57,020 bases of DNA from Piedraia hortae CBS 480.64 (taxonomy: Eukaryota): positions 1-57,020 of the forward strand of contig MU006030.1 in assembly GCA_010093745.1 (NCBI GenBank), read 5' to 3'. Within the stretch, counting starts at the first letter, position 1, and every line of letters starts with the position of its first letter. The position numbers were made by a program, and so were the translations under genes. Positions 34,189 through 45,299 of the stretch are shown here, in pieces. The notes beneath the pieces are model-generated. The model did no database searches and had not been told where the DNA came from. It worked only from the letters and a program-made list of their open reading frames with translations.

Positions 34189-35270
34189 CTAAAACCCATT
34201 GGTGAACTCGCCAACGCCCGGTACGTCCTGGAAGTACGGATGATACAGGGCCTGCTTGGCACTGATGCGGCTGGCGGGATCATACACGAGCAGACGGTCC
34301 AGAAGCTCCAGTCCCTCGGTGCCCAAGACCTTGATGGCGTCGCGGTTGACAATCTCCTCGTCGCCCTTGCGCTCCCACTTGGGAAACGAGCTCTTGAAGT
34401 CGGGGAAACTGGTGACTCCCGGCCAATCGGCCTCGGTGGGCGTGCCAAGGAGACGGAAAATTTTGAATATCTCGTCAATCTCGCTGTCGCCGGGGAAAAG
34501 AGGCTTGCGGGTGGCCATCTCGGCAAAGATGCAGCCGACGCTCCACATATCAACGCCGGTGCTGTACTGGCGGCCTCCAAGGAGAATCTCGGGCGCGCGG
34601 TACCACAGCGTCACCACCTCGTGCGTGTACGTGCGCAGCGGCACACCAAATGCGCGCGCAAGACCGAAATCGGCCAGCTTCAGGTTGCCTTCCTTGTCGA
34701 TCAGCAGATTCTGCGGCTTCAGATCGCGGTGCAGAATGCGGTGGGCGTGGCAGTAGCGTATGCCCTGCACCAGCTGGAACGTGAATTTCTTGACCTGTCC
34801 GTGCTGTCAGCATCAAAACGCATGCCATCAGCATTGAGACGGCCTGACTTACCATGTCCGGCCCCAGCCCCATGTGACCCTTGCGCTTGATTCCCTCGGG
34901 CAGCGGCTTCCCGCGCCCGCCCTGGCTCTCCGGCAGCGCCTCCATGTACTTCTTGAGGTCCAGATCCAGAAACTCAAAGACGAGGTAGAGCTTGTGGCCG
35001 TCGGCGTGCACAATGTTCAACAGGCGCACAATGTTGGGGTTGTTCATTTCCTTGAGCAGGCTGATTTCGCGAATCGCCGTCGACGGCACGCCCTCATCCT
35101 CGGCTTCCAGTCGGATCTTCTTCAGCGCGACGATGCGATGGTCGGGCGTGGTCAGATCGCGCGCCTTGTACACGACGCCGTACGTCCCTGATAGCAGTTA
35201 GCAACTTGCAATCAGTGCGCATTCTTCTCCTACCCTCGCCAATCTTCTCCATCTTCTGGTAGTTCTCCAT
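34189..35270 (-). CDS. CDC28: Cyclin-dependent kinase 1; exons 35270-35234, 35187-34853, 34794-34189
   Basis: GEGTYGVV across intron 1, [38 protein letters not shown]; both introns GT-AG and in frame. Confidence 0.96.
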
Positions 35271-35378
35271 GCTGGTGTCTTGAAAGTCTGCTGCTGTCGT
35301 CGCCTGGACGCGTCGCGCGTTGCTGTGATGTGACGCCGTAACACCCCGTGATGTGATGCCCACTCCGTCACGTGAACA

Positions 35379-37988
35379 ATGCCACGACGTCGCCGCGACG
35401 AGCTGCCTAATCAGGACGTGGTCGATTCGTTGATAGCCGAGGCCAGGGCCGATGGGCTAGTCACCGACTCTGACCGGCCGTTGAAGAGACGGAAGAGGGC
35501 GGGCGAATCAGCGAATGAAGTTGTGGCCAACCCTAAGAGTCCGTCTGAAGAAGAAAGCGACGAAGATGTCGTTTTTGAAGACGTAGACCTGAGCCTGCCT
35601 GCTGAAGAACAGCATCTGCCTACTGAGCATCACGCAGATTTAGTCATCTCTGTGCCAGCATCAGTCACCAAAAAGACTGCTCCCCGTAAGAAGCCGCCGA
35701 CTGCGAGTGAAAAGTCTGCGCAGATAGACACGCACAAGTTGCAGATCATCTGTCAGCTGGTTGAGGGTATTTACATCAACAGCTGGTGCAATAATGGCTC
35801 CATTCAGAAGCGTCTCTCCAAACTCTTATCTGCCAAGACCAAAAAACTTTTAAACCCACGCAGCGAAAGGTCGCAATTCGAGCGGGACAAGGATTTTCTC
35901 GATGGACTCAAAAACACTCTCATTGAGTTCAGGCAGCGATTCACCATCCTATCCGACAACGACACATCCTCCCTCTCCAAGGACGCCTTCATCCAGTCCT
36001 CCGAATCTCTCTGTGGGCCTGCCGGAGTGGGGAACCAACTACTCTGCACCCTCCTCCGTGGCCAGGGCATAGACACCCGACTGGTAATCTCCCTCCAACC
36101 CGTCCCTCTCATTCCTAAACCCACTCCCAAACCCGACGCTAAGGAGTACCCAACGCTCTGGTGCGAAGCCTGGAACACTGCCCGACAGAAATGGACGTGT
36201 GTGGAACTCTCCCTCGAAACGTTCAACAAACCCTCCTCCCTCCGCCCTCCAACCACCTCCCCCACCCAACTCATCTACATCTTCGCCTTCTCCTCTGACG
36301 GTTCCGCCCGCGACGTCACAATCCGCTACTCACCCTCCTACAACGGCCGAACGCGCCTCTCCCGTCTCGAATCCATCCATCCCTCCTCCCAACTTTGGTT
36401 CTTCCGCCTAATCCACTACTTCTCCCCCTTCCCATCCCCCAAAACCCAACTCGAAGACACGGAACTCACATCCCTCACCCTCCGCGAAGGTATGCCTACC
36501 TCCCTGGAGGGCTTCAAATCCCACCCCCTCTTCGCCCTAGCAGAGCACCTCTCTCCCCACGAACTCATCCCCCCCACCGCCCACGAAGTCGGAACCTTCA
36601 ACACCGGCACTTCATCCAAACCGCGCACAATACCCGTCTACCGCCGCTCCGAAATCCTTACCTGTCATACATCTCGCGATTGGCTCCGCCGCTCCGGCAG
36701 GGTTATCAGACTAGGCGAACAGCCCCTCAAATCTACCACAAATAAAAATATCCCTACCGGGATGTATACCTTCTCCCAGACGGAACCGTACATCGCACCC
36801 CCATTGCCAAGGGGGAAGGTCCCGACGAACGCATTCGGGAATTTTGAGGTGCTGCATCCCGCAATGTTACCGGCTAATGCTGCGCATGTGAGGGGGAGGC
36901 ACGCTTCGCGCGCCGCGCGGTTGGTGGGCGTGCCGTTCGCACCCGCGGTAACGGGGTTTGAGTTTGTGAGACGGAAAGCTGTGCCCATTGTTGAGGGGGT
37001 TGTGGTACATGAAGCGGTTGGGGAGGCTGTGAGGGCTGTTGTTGAGGGGTTGGAGGAGCTTGAGGTCGAGGAGGGGTGGAAGGCACGGTCGATGAGGGCG
37101 TTGGGGATGTGGGGAAAAATGTTCAGGGGGATGATTGTGGTGAGGAGGGTTGAGGGCGAACATGGGGCTATTGGGGTTGGGGTGGGGAGGGTTGAGAGGG
37201 GGGTCGATTTGGGACCTTTGGGGACGGCGGGGAGGTTTACATTGCCAGAGTTAGTTAGGGAGGGGAAGAGGAAAAAGGTTAGACAGGATTGTGGGGGGAA
37301 GAGGAAGAGGGGGGTTGAGAGTGATGACGAAGGATGGATACCTCGTGAGGGTGTGGAGAGGAGGAGGAGGGTCGCTGAGAGTAGTGATGAGGGGGATGAT
37401 TCTGAGGAGGAAAGGAAGTGGGAGGGTCTTTTTACTGAGGATGGAGACGTGTCTGGAAATGGAGGGGGGTTTCTTCCGGAAAGTGGAGGTGGATATATGC
37501 CGGAAAATGCTGGTGGATTTCTGCCAGAAGCTGGGGGTGGATTCCTTCCCGACAACGGACAGGGCGGCTTCCTTACTGAGCATGGAGAAGGTGGGTTTCT
37601 GCCTGAAGACGGCGATGGTGTCCCTCCTGGCCACGAAGGAGGCGGGTTTCTTCCCGGGGACGCAGCACCTCTGCCTGGCAATAGAGCTGACAAAACCACC
37701 GACCCTCCAAAATCCACAGATCCCTCAACGACATGCTCTGTTCAAGAATTAGTCCCTCAGGACCCATCTAACAAATGTGCTCTGAGTAAGAAACAAGACC
37801 CCGAAGCGGACTCAACCCCCCCACCAGTGCGCCCTCCAGTGGAAAAGCGCCTACCCACACGCCCAGCGGTACCTTCACCACCAAAACCTACAGAAGATCA
37901 ACATTCAGACATGAGCAGCCCCACTCGGAGTCACGATTCTGCAGACGATGATGTTGACGTTTTTTCCGTAGACTTTGATGATGATTAG
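35379..37988 (+). CDS. RAD4: Rad4/XPC-family DNA damage recognition protein
   Basis: TRLVISLQP, WCEAWN, ARDVTIRY, MPTSLEGFKSHPLFAL (BHD1), GMYTFSQTEPY, VPTNAFGN..FAPAVTGFEF (BHD3); acidic tail with GGGF repeats. Confidence 0.85.
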   Translation: MPRRRRDELPNQDVVDSLIAEARADGLVTDSDRPLKRRKRAGESANEVVANPKSPSEEESDEDVVFEDVDLSLPAEEQHLPTEHHADLVISVPASVTKKTAPRKKPPTASEKSAQIDTHKLQIICQLVEGIYINSWCNNGSIQKRLSKLLSAKTKKLLNPRSERSQFERDKDFLDGLKNTLIEFRQRFTILSDNDTSSLSKDAFIQSSESLCGPAGVGNQLLCTLLRGQGIDTRLVISLQPVPLIPKPTPKPDAKEYPTLWCEAWNTARQKWTCVELSLETFNKPSSLRPPTTSPTQLIYIFAFSSDGSARDVTIRYSPSYNGRTRLSRLESIHPSSQLWFFRLIHYFSPFPSPKTQLEDTELTSLTLREGMPTSLEGFKSHPLFALAEHLSPHELIPPTAHEVGTFNTGTSSKPRTIPVYRRSEILTCHTSRDWLRRSGRVIRLGEQPLKSTTNKNIPTGMYTFSQTEPYIAPPLPRGKVPTNAFGNFEVLHPAMLPANAAHVRGRHASRAARLVGVPFAPAVTGFEFVRRKAVPIVEGVVVHEAVGEAVRAVVEGLEELEVEEGWKARSMRALGMWGKMFRGMIVVRRVEGEHGAIGVGVGRVERGVDLGPLGTAGRFTLPELVREGKRKKVRQDCGGKRKRGVESDDEGWIPREGVERRRRVAESSDEGDDSEEERKWEGLFTEDGDVSGNGGGFLPESGGGYMPENAGGFLPEAGGGFLPDNGQGGFLTEHGEGGFLPEDGDGVPPGHEGGGFLPGDAAPLPGNRADKTTDPPKSTDPSTTCSVQELVPQDPSNKCALSKKQDPEADSTPPPVRPPVEKRLPTRPAVPSPPKPTEDQHSDMSSPTRSHDSADDDVDVFSVDFDDD
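37461..37660 (+). repeat. Coding minisatellite of GGGFLPE-type peptide repeats (24-27 bp unit) in the Rad4 tail
   Basis: GGGFLPES, GGGYMPEN, AGGFLPEA, GGGFLPDNG, QGGFLTEHG, EGGFLPEDG, GGGFLPGD. Confidence 0.85.
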
Positions 37989-40435
37989 AGTACCCTGTAC
38001 GTTTTAGAAGCGTATTTCTGAGTGGAACGTCCAACTTTTTCAATGGGTGGGATGGAGATAGAACACAAGGCGTTTCTTCGTCTTTGGATTTTATTCACTA
38101 GAATACCCGGTGAAGTGAACTCTTATCTATTATACAGGAATAACGGTGTCTCACCATCCTCGCTCCACGATCAAGAGCCATCTGTATCTACAAAAATCCA
38201 CCGAATGATTCAATACCTGCTGGGAGTACCCTGCCATTCCCATTTGCCCTGTCTTCCCCGAATGATATCCGAATTCTCTTTGCAAAGAATGAGACTTGGG
38301 TCGACTGAGGAATCGGAGTATGAAACCTTTATATCCCTCCCTTCTCTTCTGAATGGAGGAAACAGTCTCCATTGGTTTACATTTCCACCTTACTCAACTC
38401 TATCCTCCTGACCCCAACTTTGTTCAGAGATTAAGTTTTATCAAGAGAGAAAGAATGGACATTGCCATGGAAGATGAGCCTGGACGATCACGAGTAAGAC
38501 AACACGGACGAATGAAAGATGCTTCACCGGAAGTCCCACCGCTGTCGAAACCCTTGGATTACAACTTGAATTTTTTACCACAAACAGACCCCACAGAGAT
38601 GTTTGTCGATGTATCATTCTATCAGCTAGAAAATTTGATCGAAGATCAGGGGCTCAAATCTTTCAGCTCTGGCAGATGATTAACTGGACGTTCTAGTGGA
38701 GGTATTATGGAGGAGGTCCGCCGTTTGAGGTTATCCTAGGATGCGGGAGCACTTTTGTGAATATAGAATATGCCACTGGGTGGCTGGGAACTGTCGGGAC
38801 CACGCTGCGAAGATGAAGTTTATGTTTTTGAAAAGGATTTCCGTGAGGTTGCAATTGCTTCAGTAAAACCGGTTATTCTCTACTCTGAGCAGATCTGGTT
38901 GAGAGAATGAGACTCGAAGCCGGCGTTGAAGCTTTGTAGTAACGTCCTCTGCAAATCGATATCCACTCAGTGGCCAGCCTCTTGGGTTCCTTGGGAAAAC
39001 AGAATACCGCATGGTAGCTCCGGAAAAGAATGCCCAACATTTTTCAGTCGTCTTCGCGATCTGACCATCTGAGCGTACGATCAGAATCAGCCGGACATTT
39101 TTGGGAAATCTGTCCACAGAATTGTTCTGCACAGCGGGTCTACGATCACGAAGCCTTGAACTCACGTGGGGACGATAATCGGGCTCTGCCATGGACAAAT
39201 TCTGAAGCTGCGAAACTAGATTATTTGTTCATGTCGAGATATCGCCGGTGCAAAGACAATTCGCGAGGCGTGGGACGTGGTTCTTGTGAGCGCTTTTGCA
39301 GAACCCTTCAAGGCGCGAAGGCATCATTTCATGATCTGCAGGTACTTGACGCGTTGAACAATGAGATTTTGTTTGCCCTGCAGGATTCTCGCTGCATATG
39401 GCGGAATAGAATGTCAAAGGGACAGAGACTTTGCTTTGCTTTAAGTTACTTGGTTGAGGTGGACTGAAACTTAATCAAGTTAAGTGCTTGCGTTTGAGCT
39501 GAGCAGAGCCACGTCTCCCAGTTTGGGTCGAAAGTTCTATGACACTTGACTGGGAGTTCACTATTAGTTCACTATTGCTTCTTGCTAACTGCGAGGGTAT
39601 TTTCCCGGCAATATACCTCAGAGGGCCGTCCCATCAATTGGGGTATCGCACTCATCTCCATTCTGAGGCCATGGTATCGTTACATTGGTTCCCTCCACAG
39701 CACAATCTTTTGAGGAACGCCTCGAACAGATTATCAATATGTCCTGTTGCAGAAGCGTTCGCGGGACTTCCTTCAACTTGGACTCGGAAGCGTGAGAGGT
39801 GATCGCGGTGTTCTCAACCCCACGATGGATGTCAAGTTTTCATGCTCAGTTCTTCATAATACAAAACATGTGTCTTTGCCCTGCATATGATTGGGCGTTG
39901 CATACATTCGAGTCAGACCTGCAACGCTCAACCTGCACGATAATAATACTTTACCCACTCAGTGATCGACGTCTACCTGCACGAGGGCAGGATTATGCTT
40001 GCGTGATGGGTATAGATGAGTACAGTCACAGGGCTGAGCCCATCATGCGGTGCAAGATGAGACAGAAATGTTGCCTGATTCTGTTTTCGGAAACATCAGC
40101 ATCAAGCCTCAATTGATCTTACACTTGCCTCCCACGACGCCGAAGAGGTCGCGTCATTCGCACACGAAAAATATCACCTCCTTGAACTCAACAACCAAGA
40201 CCCGTCTACCCTCCCATCCAGCAACCAAGAAAGCGGCTGTGCGAGCCCCTCTCCTATGCACTACCCACGGGCGATAACCCCCCCACCAATCATCTCACAC
40301 CTCCAAACCTCAGCCTCGTCAAATCATACATGCATACATATGTACCAGCCACAGCCCCTCAACTCAGCCTTCTCTGTTCACATAAAACCAGTATACCCTC
40401 CCCCTTCAACCCATCAACCCATCAACACAATAATC

Positions 40436-41101
40436 ATGCCCCTCTCAACCCACAACCTTGGCTCCAAAGTGAAACGCACTCCAGCATGGAACCACTGCAT
40501 GGACAAATCCTACTGCAAATGGCTTGCTCTGGTTTCCATCCTGGTTGCGTGCCTTATTGTTCTGGGGATGATTATCTGCCTTTCGCTTGCTCTGTCGAAT
40601 GGGAAGTGGGAGTGTAGGTCGACGAAGAGGAATAGGGAGAATAGGTTGAACAGGTCGAAAGCTGATTCGGAGGCGTCGTAAGTTTGAAAAAGGGGTTGAG
40701 GAGAAAGAGGCTGATGGTGTCGTAGGCCGTTTTCGAATCCGACGGGGCAGAGTGATGCGGCGAGCTCGCAGGGACGGTATGCTACCTCGTCGCCGAGTCC
40801 GAGTGCAATGGGGCTTTTGCAGAGGGGAAATGATGCGCAGGGGCAGATCGCTACGCCCTCACCAGCCTTGGATCCGCAGAGGCAGTATGCTCCATCACCA
40901 ATTCCGACCACACAGGTTCCTTTCCAGAGCCAGTATGCTGCACCGCCTCTAGGTCCGATCCACGACCAGCACGCCCCGCCATCGCCCTCTCCCAGCCCGA
41001 TCACCTTCCAGGGACCTAACACCCCAGTCCCATTCCAAGTGCACTATACTCCCCCCCCGCCGGTGGAGCAGCATACGTATCCGCCGCCGCATGCTTTGTA
41101 A
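40436..41101 (+). CDS. Small single-pass membrane protein, Pin2-like; exons 40436-40677 and 40726-41101
   Basis: WNHCMDKSYCKW followed by a TM helix; a 48 nt intron (GTAAGT..GCTGAT..TAG) joins in frame to the P/Q/Y-rich ORF ending at 41101. Confidence 0.7.
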
Positions 41102-41536
41102 ATACATTAAAGGGGATTATGCATGATGATGATATGAAGTTATGGAACTGATTTTGTGAGATGGATATATTTACGTGGGAGTTAGAGGGGTGTAGAATGG
41201 AGGAATGAGTAATGTTTGACGAAAGGATGAATGGATTCTTACAGAATTTCTTATGAGTGATGGATTTGAGGGTTCGATTGCCTTATTACGGTGGGCTTCG
41301 TGCGATTATCCCTCTTTTGCGGATTTGATCGTTTCAGGGACGAAAGTTACCTTCAGGAAGAGCAGAACAGCTAGTATATCACACATCCGTCCGCATGGCA
41401 CTGTTGAAAACCCATCTTTCGTATTGACCCGATGAAACCCACAAAACATCATACGTACCTATGTACAGCTGTTCATGATAAAAAAAAAGACTGTGATCAT
41501 TACCCTCCCAAACTCCACGGCTAACCCGTTCTGCAA

Positions 41537-43330
41537 TTAAACACCAGCTGGATACTTTCTATTCCTCTGATCAAGCGGCGCAGGGGCAGTGAGACCCTTC
41601 CAGTCAAACGGAACCGTAGTATCTTCAGGTCGGTAGATGTCCCATTTGGCAAACTGCCCCTCGCTCTGTTGACCGGGAATCTTGACCAGCATCTCGTCCG
41701 TCTCGGCCATGGCGCGGATCTGCATCTCCCTCTCCTTGGAGCGGGGGATGAAATCGCATTCGAATTGGGACAACATGGTGATGACCCAAGGGTTGGTCTG
41801 GTACCATGGCACGGGGTTCTTGTAGCCCTCGTACCCTTCTTTGCGCCGAATGTTGAATGCCCATGCAAGAGAGCCAATAGCGGTGTAGAGCTCGGTAGAG
41901 ACGAGATCGATACCGGGACAGCCGCGCACGCCATAGCCGAAGCCAGCATCACCGCGGATGGTGGGGAATTCCGAGAGAGGCTCCTTGTAAGTCGGCCATG
42001 AGGGCTCAAGAAAACGCTCTGGGCGCCACTCTGTAGGATCAGGGTAAACGTTCGGATCTCGGCTGATCATGAAGTGGTTGGCATGGAGAATGGTACCCTT
42101 TGGAATAAAATAGCCTTCGTACACGTCATCCTCGAGGTTGCAGTGGGGCACACCGGCTGGAGTTGGTTGGCGCCAACGGAGCGTCTCCTTGACGACTGCG
42201 CGAAGGACAGGCATCATGGGCATATCAGACATGAGTGGAAGTCGATCGCCGCAAACACGGTCAATTTCCTCTTGCAGACGCGGCAGCCAGCTCGGGTAGT
42301 GGCAGATAGCCGTGATGAAGGTGTGAAGAGGGGAGCCAATGGTCACGATAGCCACGAGAGCGTTGGAGCCAGTAGCGTGGGCGATTTCAACCTTGTCAAG
42401 CTTGGTGCGTTCAAGACCGGGAGCTTGGTCGACCCAGAGTTTGGTCCACGAGGGCTCTGCTGTGCCTTCCTTGCATCGTCTAATGACATCGTCTTGGGCC
42501 TCAACAAAGGCCTCCTTCAGCTGCTGCTTGCGCCTCAGCTCCTCTTGTTTCCAGGGCGAGAGGAAAGTAGGAAGGTGATCCAAAAATGTCAACAGATTGA
42601 TGATTGGCCCAGCTGGAGAGACGGAATGCAGGAGGCGGGGCACGACGTGGAGCAGCTTCGTGCCGTGGCGGACGTCCCCCCAGGCAATCCGGCCGGCAAT
42701 ACGAGCGCAGTGGGTGATGATCTGCTCCGACCAGATGTCTGGACGGTCGAGCAGACGGACGAGCGTGTTGCGGTTCTCCAGCGCCGGGTAGCCAAAGAAG
42801 ATGTCCTGTGCGTTGGCATTACGGTTCAGGGCGTGAATGAAGTTCTTGTGCTGGATCTGTTTCTCTCCAGCGCCCATCAGAGGCAGAAACTCGGAGCCTT
42901 CACGGATGCCCGGGGCGGCCGGGAGGTGGTTACGGTCGCTGTAGAGCTTCCCGCGGCGGACGAACAGATCGCGGGCGATCTGGTCCGTCTCGATCCAGAC
43001 GTGGAGCGTTCCAAACACTTCCCAGGCAAAGATGGGGCCATATTTCTTGTGAAGGCTGCCAAAATGCCAAGCAGACTCTGCGCCAGGAACAGGGACTCCC
43101 CATGGAGCGCCAATATACGGCAATCCCCAGATCTTGGGCAGCGGCTTCACGCCGGGGGGCAGTCGTCGCCTTTCAAGGAAACTATGTGCGAGCCACAGGG
43201 CAGCGAAGGCGGTAATGATCCATACCAAACGAGAGTGAATCAATGGAGCGGTGGCTTTGTCAGCAGCAAATAAAGTGGAATTGTCCACCGCATTGATGGA
43301 AACATGGGAAAGACGGATGGAAGAGTCCAT
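41537..43330 (-). CDS. Cytochrome P450 (OrdA/CYP64-clan-like), intronless
   Basis: TM plus LPPG; ETLR; PERF; heme motif FGYGVRGCPG; atypical I-helix ALVAIVTIGS. Confidence 0.9.
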   Translation of the reverse strand: MDSSIRLSHVSINAVDNSTLFAADKATAPLIHSRLVWIITAFAALWLAHSFLERRRLPPGVKPLPKIWGLPYIGAPWGVPVPGAESAWHFGSLHKKYGPIFAWEVFGTLHVWIETDQIARDLFVRRGKLYSDRNHLPAAPGIREGSEFLPLMGAGEKQIQHKNFIHALNRNANAQDIFFGYPALENRNTLVRLLDRPDIWSEQIITHCARIAGRIAWGDVRHGTKLLHVVPRLLHSVSPAGPIINLLTFLDHLPTFLSPWKQEELRRKQQLKEAFVEAQDDVIRRCKEGTAEPSWTKLWVDQAPGLERTKLDKVEIAHATGSNALVAIVTIGSPLHTFITAICHYPSWLPRLQEEIDRVCGDRLPLMSDMPMMPVLRAVVKETLRWRQPTPAGVPHCNLEDDVYEGYFIPKGTILHANHFMISRDPNVYPDPTEWRPERFLEPSWPTYKEPLSEFPTIRGDAGFGYGVRGCPGIDLVSTELYTAIGSLAWAFNIRRKEGYEGYKNPVPWYQTNPWVITMLSQFECDFIPRSKEREMQIRAMAETDEMLVKIPGQQSEGQFAKWDIYRPEDTTVPFDWKGLTAPAPLDQRNRKYPAGV

Positions 43331-43714
43331 TGCCAAAGCGAATGCGGCGGGGGGGGGTGGTGATGGGAACGACAGCGGGAGAACCAGAGAAAAGAAAAAG
43401 AACTACGTGATTTAAAAGTGGCGTGGGTGAGGGCAAGAATAGGGCGGGGCCAGATAGTGGCTGGAAGCTGAAAGCAGGGATTTGGTGGGCGGTCGCCTGC
43501 GTTTTGATTGGTGCCAGACCAGACATTGATTGAGACGTCCTCGGGTTCGCCAAAGATAGGCCGAATAGACTCAAGGTTGATGTCCATCAGCCGCTATTTT
43601 TGGTCCCAGTCCCCTCATCCTTTTCTCGGCCATCGGGACCGGCCGATTCCCCCCAACGGTCCGGGTTCCGCATGGCCGCCCCTTGTGTCTTTGGACACCT
43701 TGCCATTGTTCATC

Positions 43715-44980
43715 ATGCCAGAGGGACTTCGCGTTATCATCTTGGGCGGCGGAATCGCCGGGCTGACCACGGCTCTCGCCCTCACCAAGTTTGCTCCCGC
43801 CGGTCAAAAGCCTCAGATCGACATCTATGAGATTCGGCCCGAACCCGCGACGATTGGAGGTGCTGTCAACTTGACGCCCAACGCCCTCCGTCTGCTAGAC
43901 CATTTGGGGACTCTGCCCATCATCAGGGAACGTGACTATGGCAAGACCATCGACTACCTCGAAGTCTTTGACATTTACTCTGGCAAGCTGGCCGAAAGCA
44001 GTTTCCAGGGCCCAGAGGGCAAAGGCATCGGCAACCCTCCATACAAGGCGCTTCGGATTACCAGAGGCGATGCCCTCAAAGGCGTCCTTGCAGCGGTAGA
44101 GTCTCACCCCAACATCCGCCTCACCTGCGGCAAGCGTACCGTCAAGATCGAGGAGGATGCGAACAAGGTGACGATCCACTTCGAGGACGGTGGCTCTGCT
44201 TCGGCCGACCTTCTTATGGGCTGCGACGGCATTCACTCCGTCACGCGACTCAAACACGTCGAGCCCGAGCGCAAAGCCGTCTACTCGGGCGTCTCAAATG
44301 CTTTTGGCTTTGCGCCCATTGACAAGGGCTTTAAAGTCCACTTCGAGTGCACTGCCATCAACTTTGCTCGCCGCGGAATGCTGCTGACTTCCTTTTTCAA
44401 CTCCAAGCAAGACTCTGTCTACGTCGGAGCGCTGATGCAGATTGAAGACGTTGGATCAAGAGACGGCTGGAAGTCGGTAGGAGCCGATGCTGAGAAGACG
44501 CGCGCGCGGCTGATGGAGCGCTTTGGCGATGCCAAGATTCCCTGCGTCAAGCCCCTCATCGAGAAGGCGCAAGACTTCTTCCTTTGGCCCGTCTTCACCC
44601 TCTCCAAGCATGGAAAATGGTCTACGGGGAGGACAATGCTGCTGGGCGATGCCGCTCATGCAATGCCGCCTCAAGGCGAGTCGACTGGCATCGTGTTCGA
44701 AGACACCGTCCTCTTCTCTCGATGCGTCGCCCGATGGATGGAAAAGGGCTGTCCCGGCTCTGATCTGAAGGAGCCATTTGAGGCGTACGAGAAGCTCCGC
44801 CGAAAGCGAATCGAGGCTGCGTTTGACGAAAGCAAAAACGTTGTCAGCACCGTATCCGACGCCGGCTGGTTTGGCCACACGCTCAAAACTTACATTGTGC
44901 CGTGGTACCTGTGGTTCTCAAAGGGCAGTCGCGAGCAGCACTTTATCGAGGACGTTACGACGGTTGATATTGGCTACTGA
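43715..44980 (+). CDS. Class A FAD-dependent monooxygenase (aromatic hydroxylase-like)
   Basis: GGGIAG FAD motif, GCDGIHS (DG motif), LLGDAAHAMPP (GD motif). Confidence 0.92.
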   Translation: MPEGLRVIILGGGIAGLTTALALTKFAPAGQKPQIDIYEIRPEPATIGGAVNLTPNALRLLDHLGTLPIIRERDYGKTIDYLEVFDIYSGKLAESSFQGPEGKGIGNPPYKALRITRGDALKGVLAAVESHPNIRLTCGKRTVKIEEDANKVTIHFEDGGSASADLLMGCDGIHSVTRLKHVEPERKAVYSGVSNAFGFAPIDKGFKVHFECTAINFARRGMLLTSFFNSKQDSVYVGALMQIEDVGSRDGWKSVGADAEKTRARLMERFGDAKIPCVKPLIEKAQDFFLWPVFTLSKHGKWSTGRTMLLGDAAHAMPPQGESTGIVFEDTVLFSRCVARWMEKGCPGSDLKEPFEAYEKLRRKRIEAAFDESKNVVSTVSDAGWFGHTLKTYIVPWYLWFSKGSREQHFIEDVTTVDIGY

Positions 44981-45299
44981 ATGTAATTATGCGAGATAGA
45001 AATGTCAACTCCATCTAGACTCCGACTCCGTCTAGTTATTTGTCAATGTACGTCATGTCAGGCGATCCGTCCCGCTGCAGATCCGATCTGCGGGGTGCAG
45101 ATCTCGGAGAATTCCAAATCACTGCAGGGTAAATGAACCAATTGGAGCAGAGCGAGTCAGATCACACTGCAGAAACGAATCTGATATTATCATCCAATGC
45201 TAATTACATCGTAGTCTTCTATCATGAAAATGCCTCATAAGCTATGCTTGTAAAATTATGTTCCTCCCAAGAAGCGAATGGCTGCCATGTATTAATCCC

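Noticed and set aside
38000..40200. Scattered short ORFs here and at 46700-48400 and 56100-57020 as genes
   Set aside because: Fragmented with no recognisable family; possibly degraded genes but not supportable by eye.
42074..43273. Long antisense ORFs (399 aa here; also 36665-37717, 29880-30662, 45258-45914)
   Set aside because: Shadows of codon-biased genes on the opposite strand; no motifs of their own.
45076..45090. Short palindrome gcagatc-c-gatctgc as a terminator
   Set aside because: Bacterial-type terminators do not apply in a fungal Pol II context, and a 7 bp stem can arise by chance.
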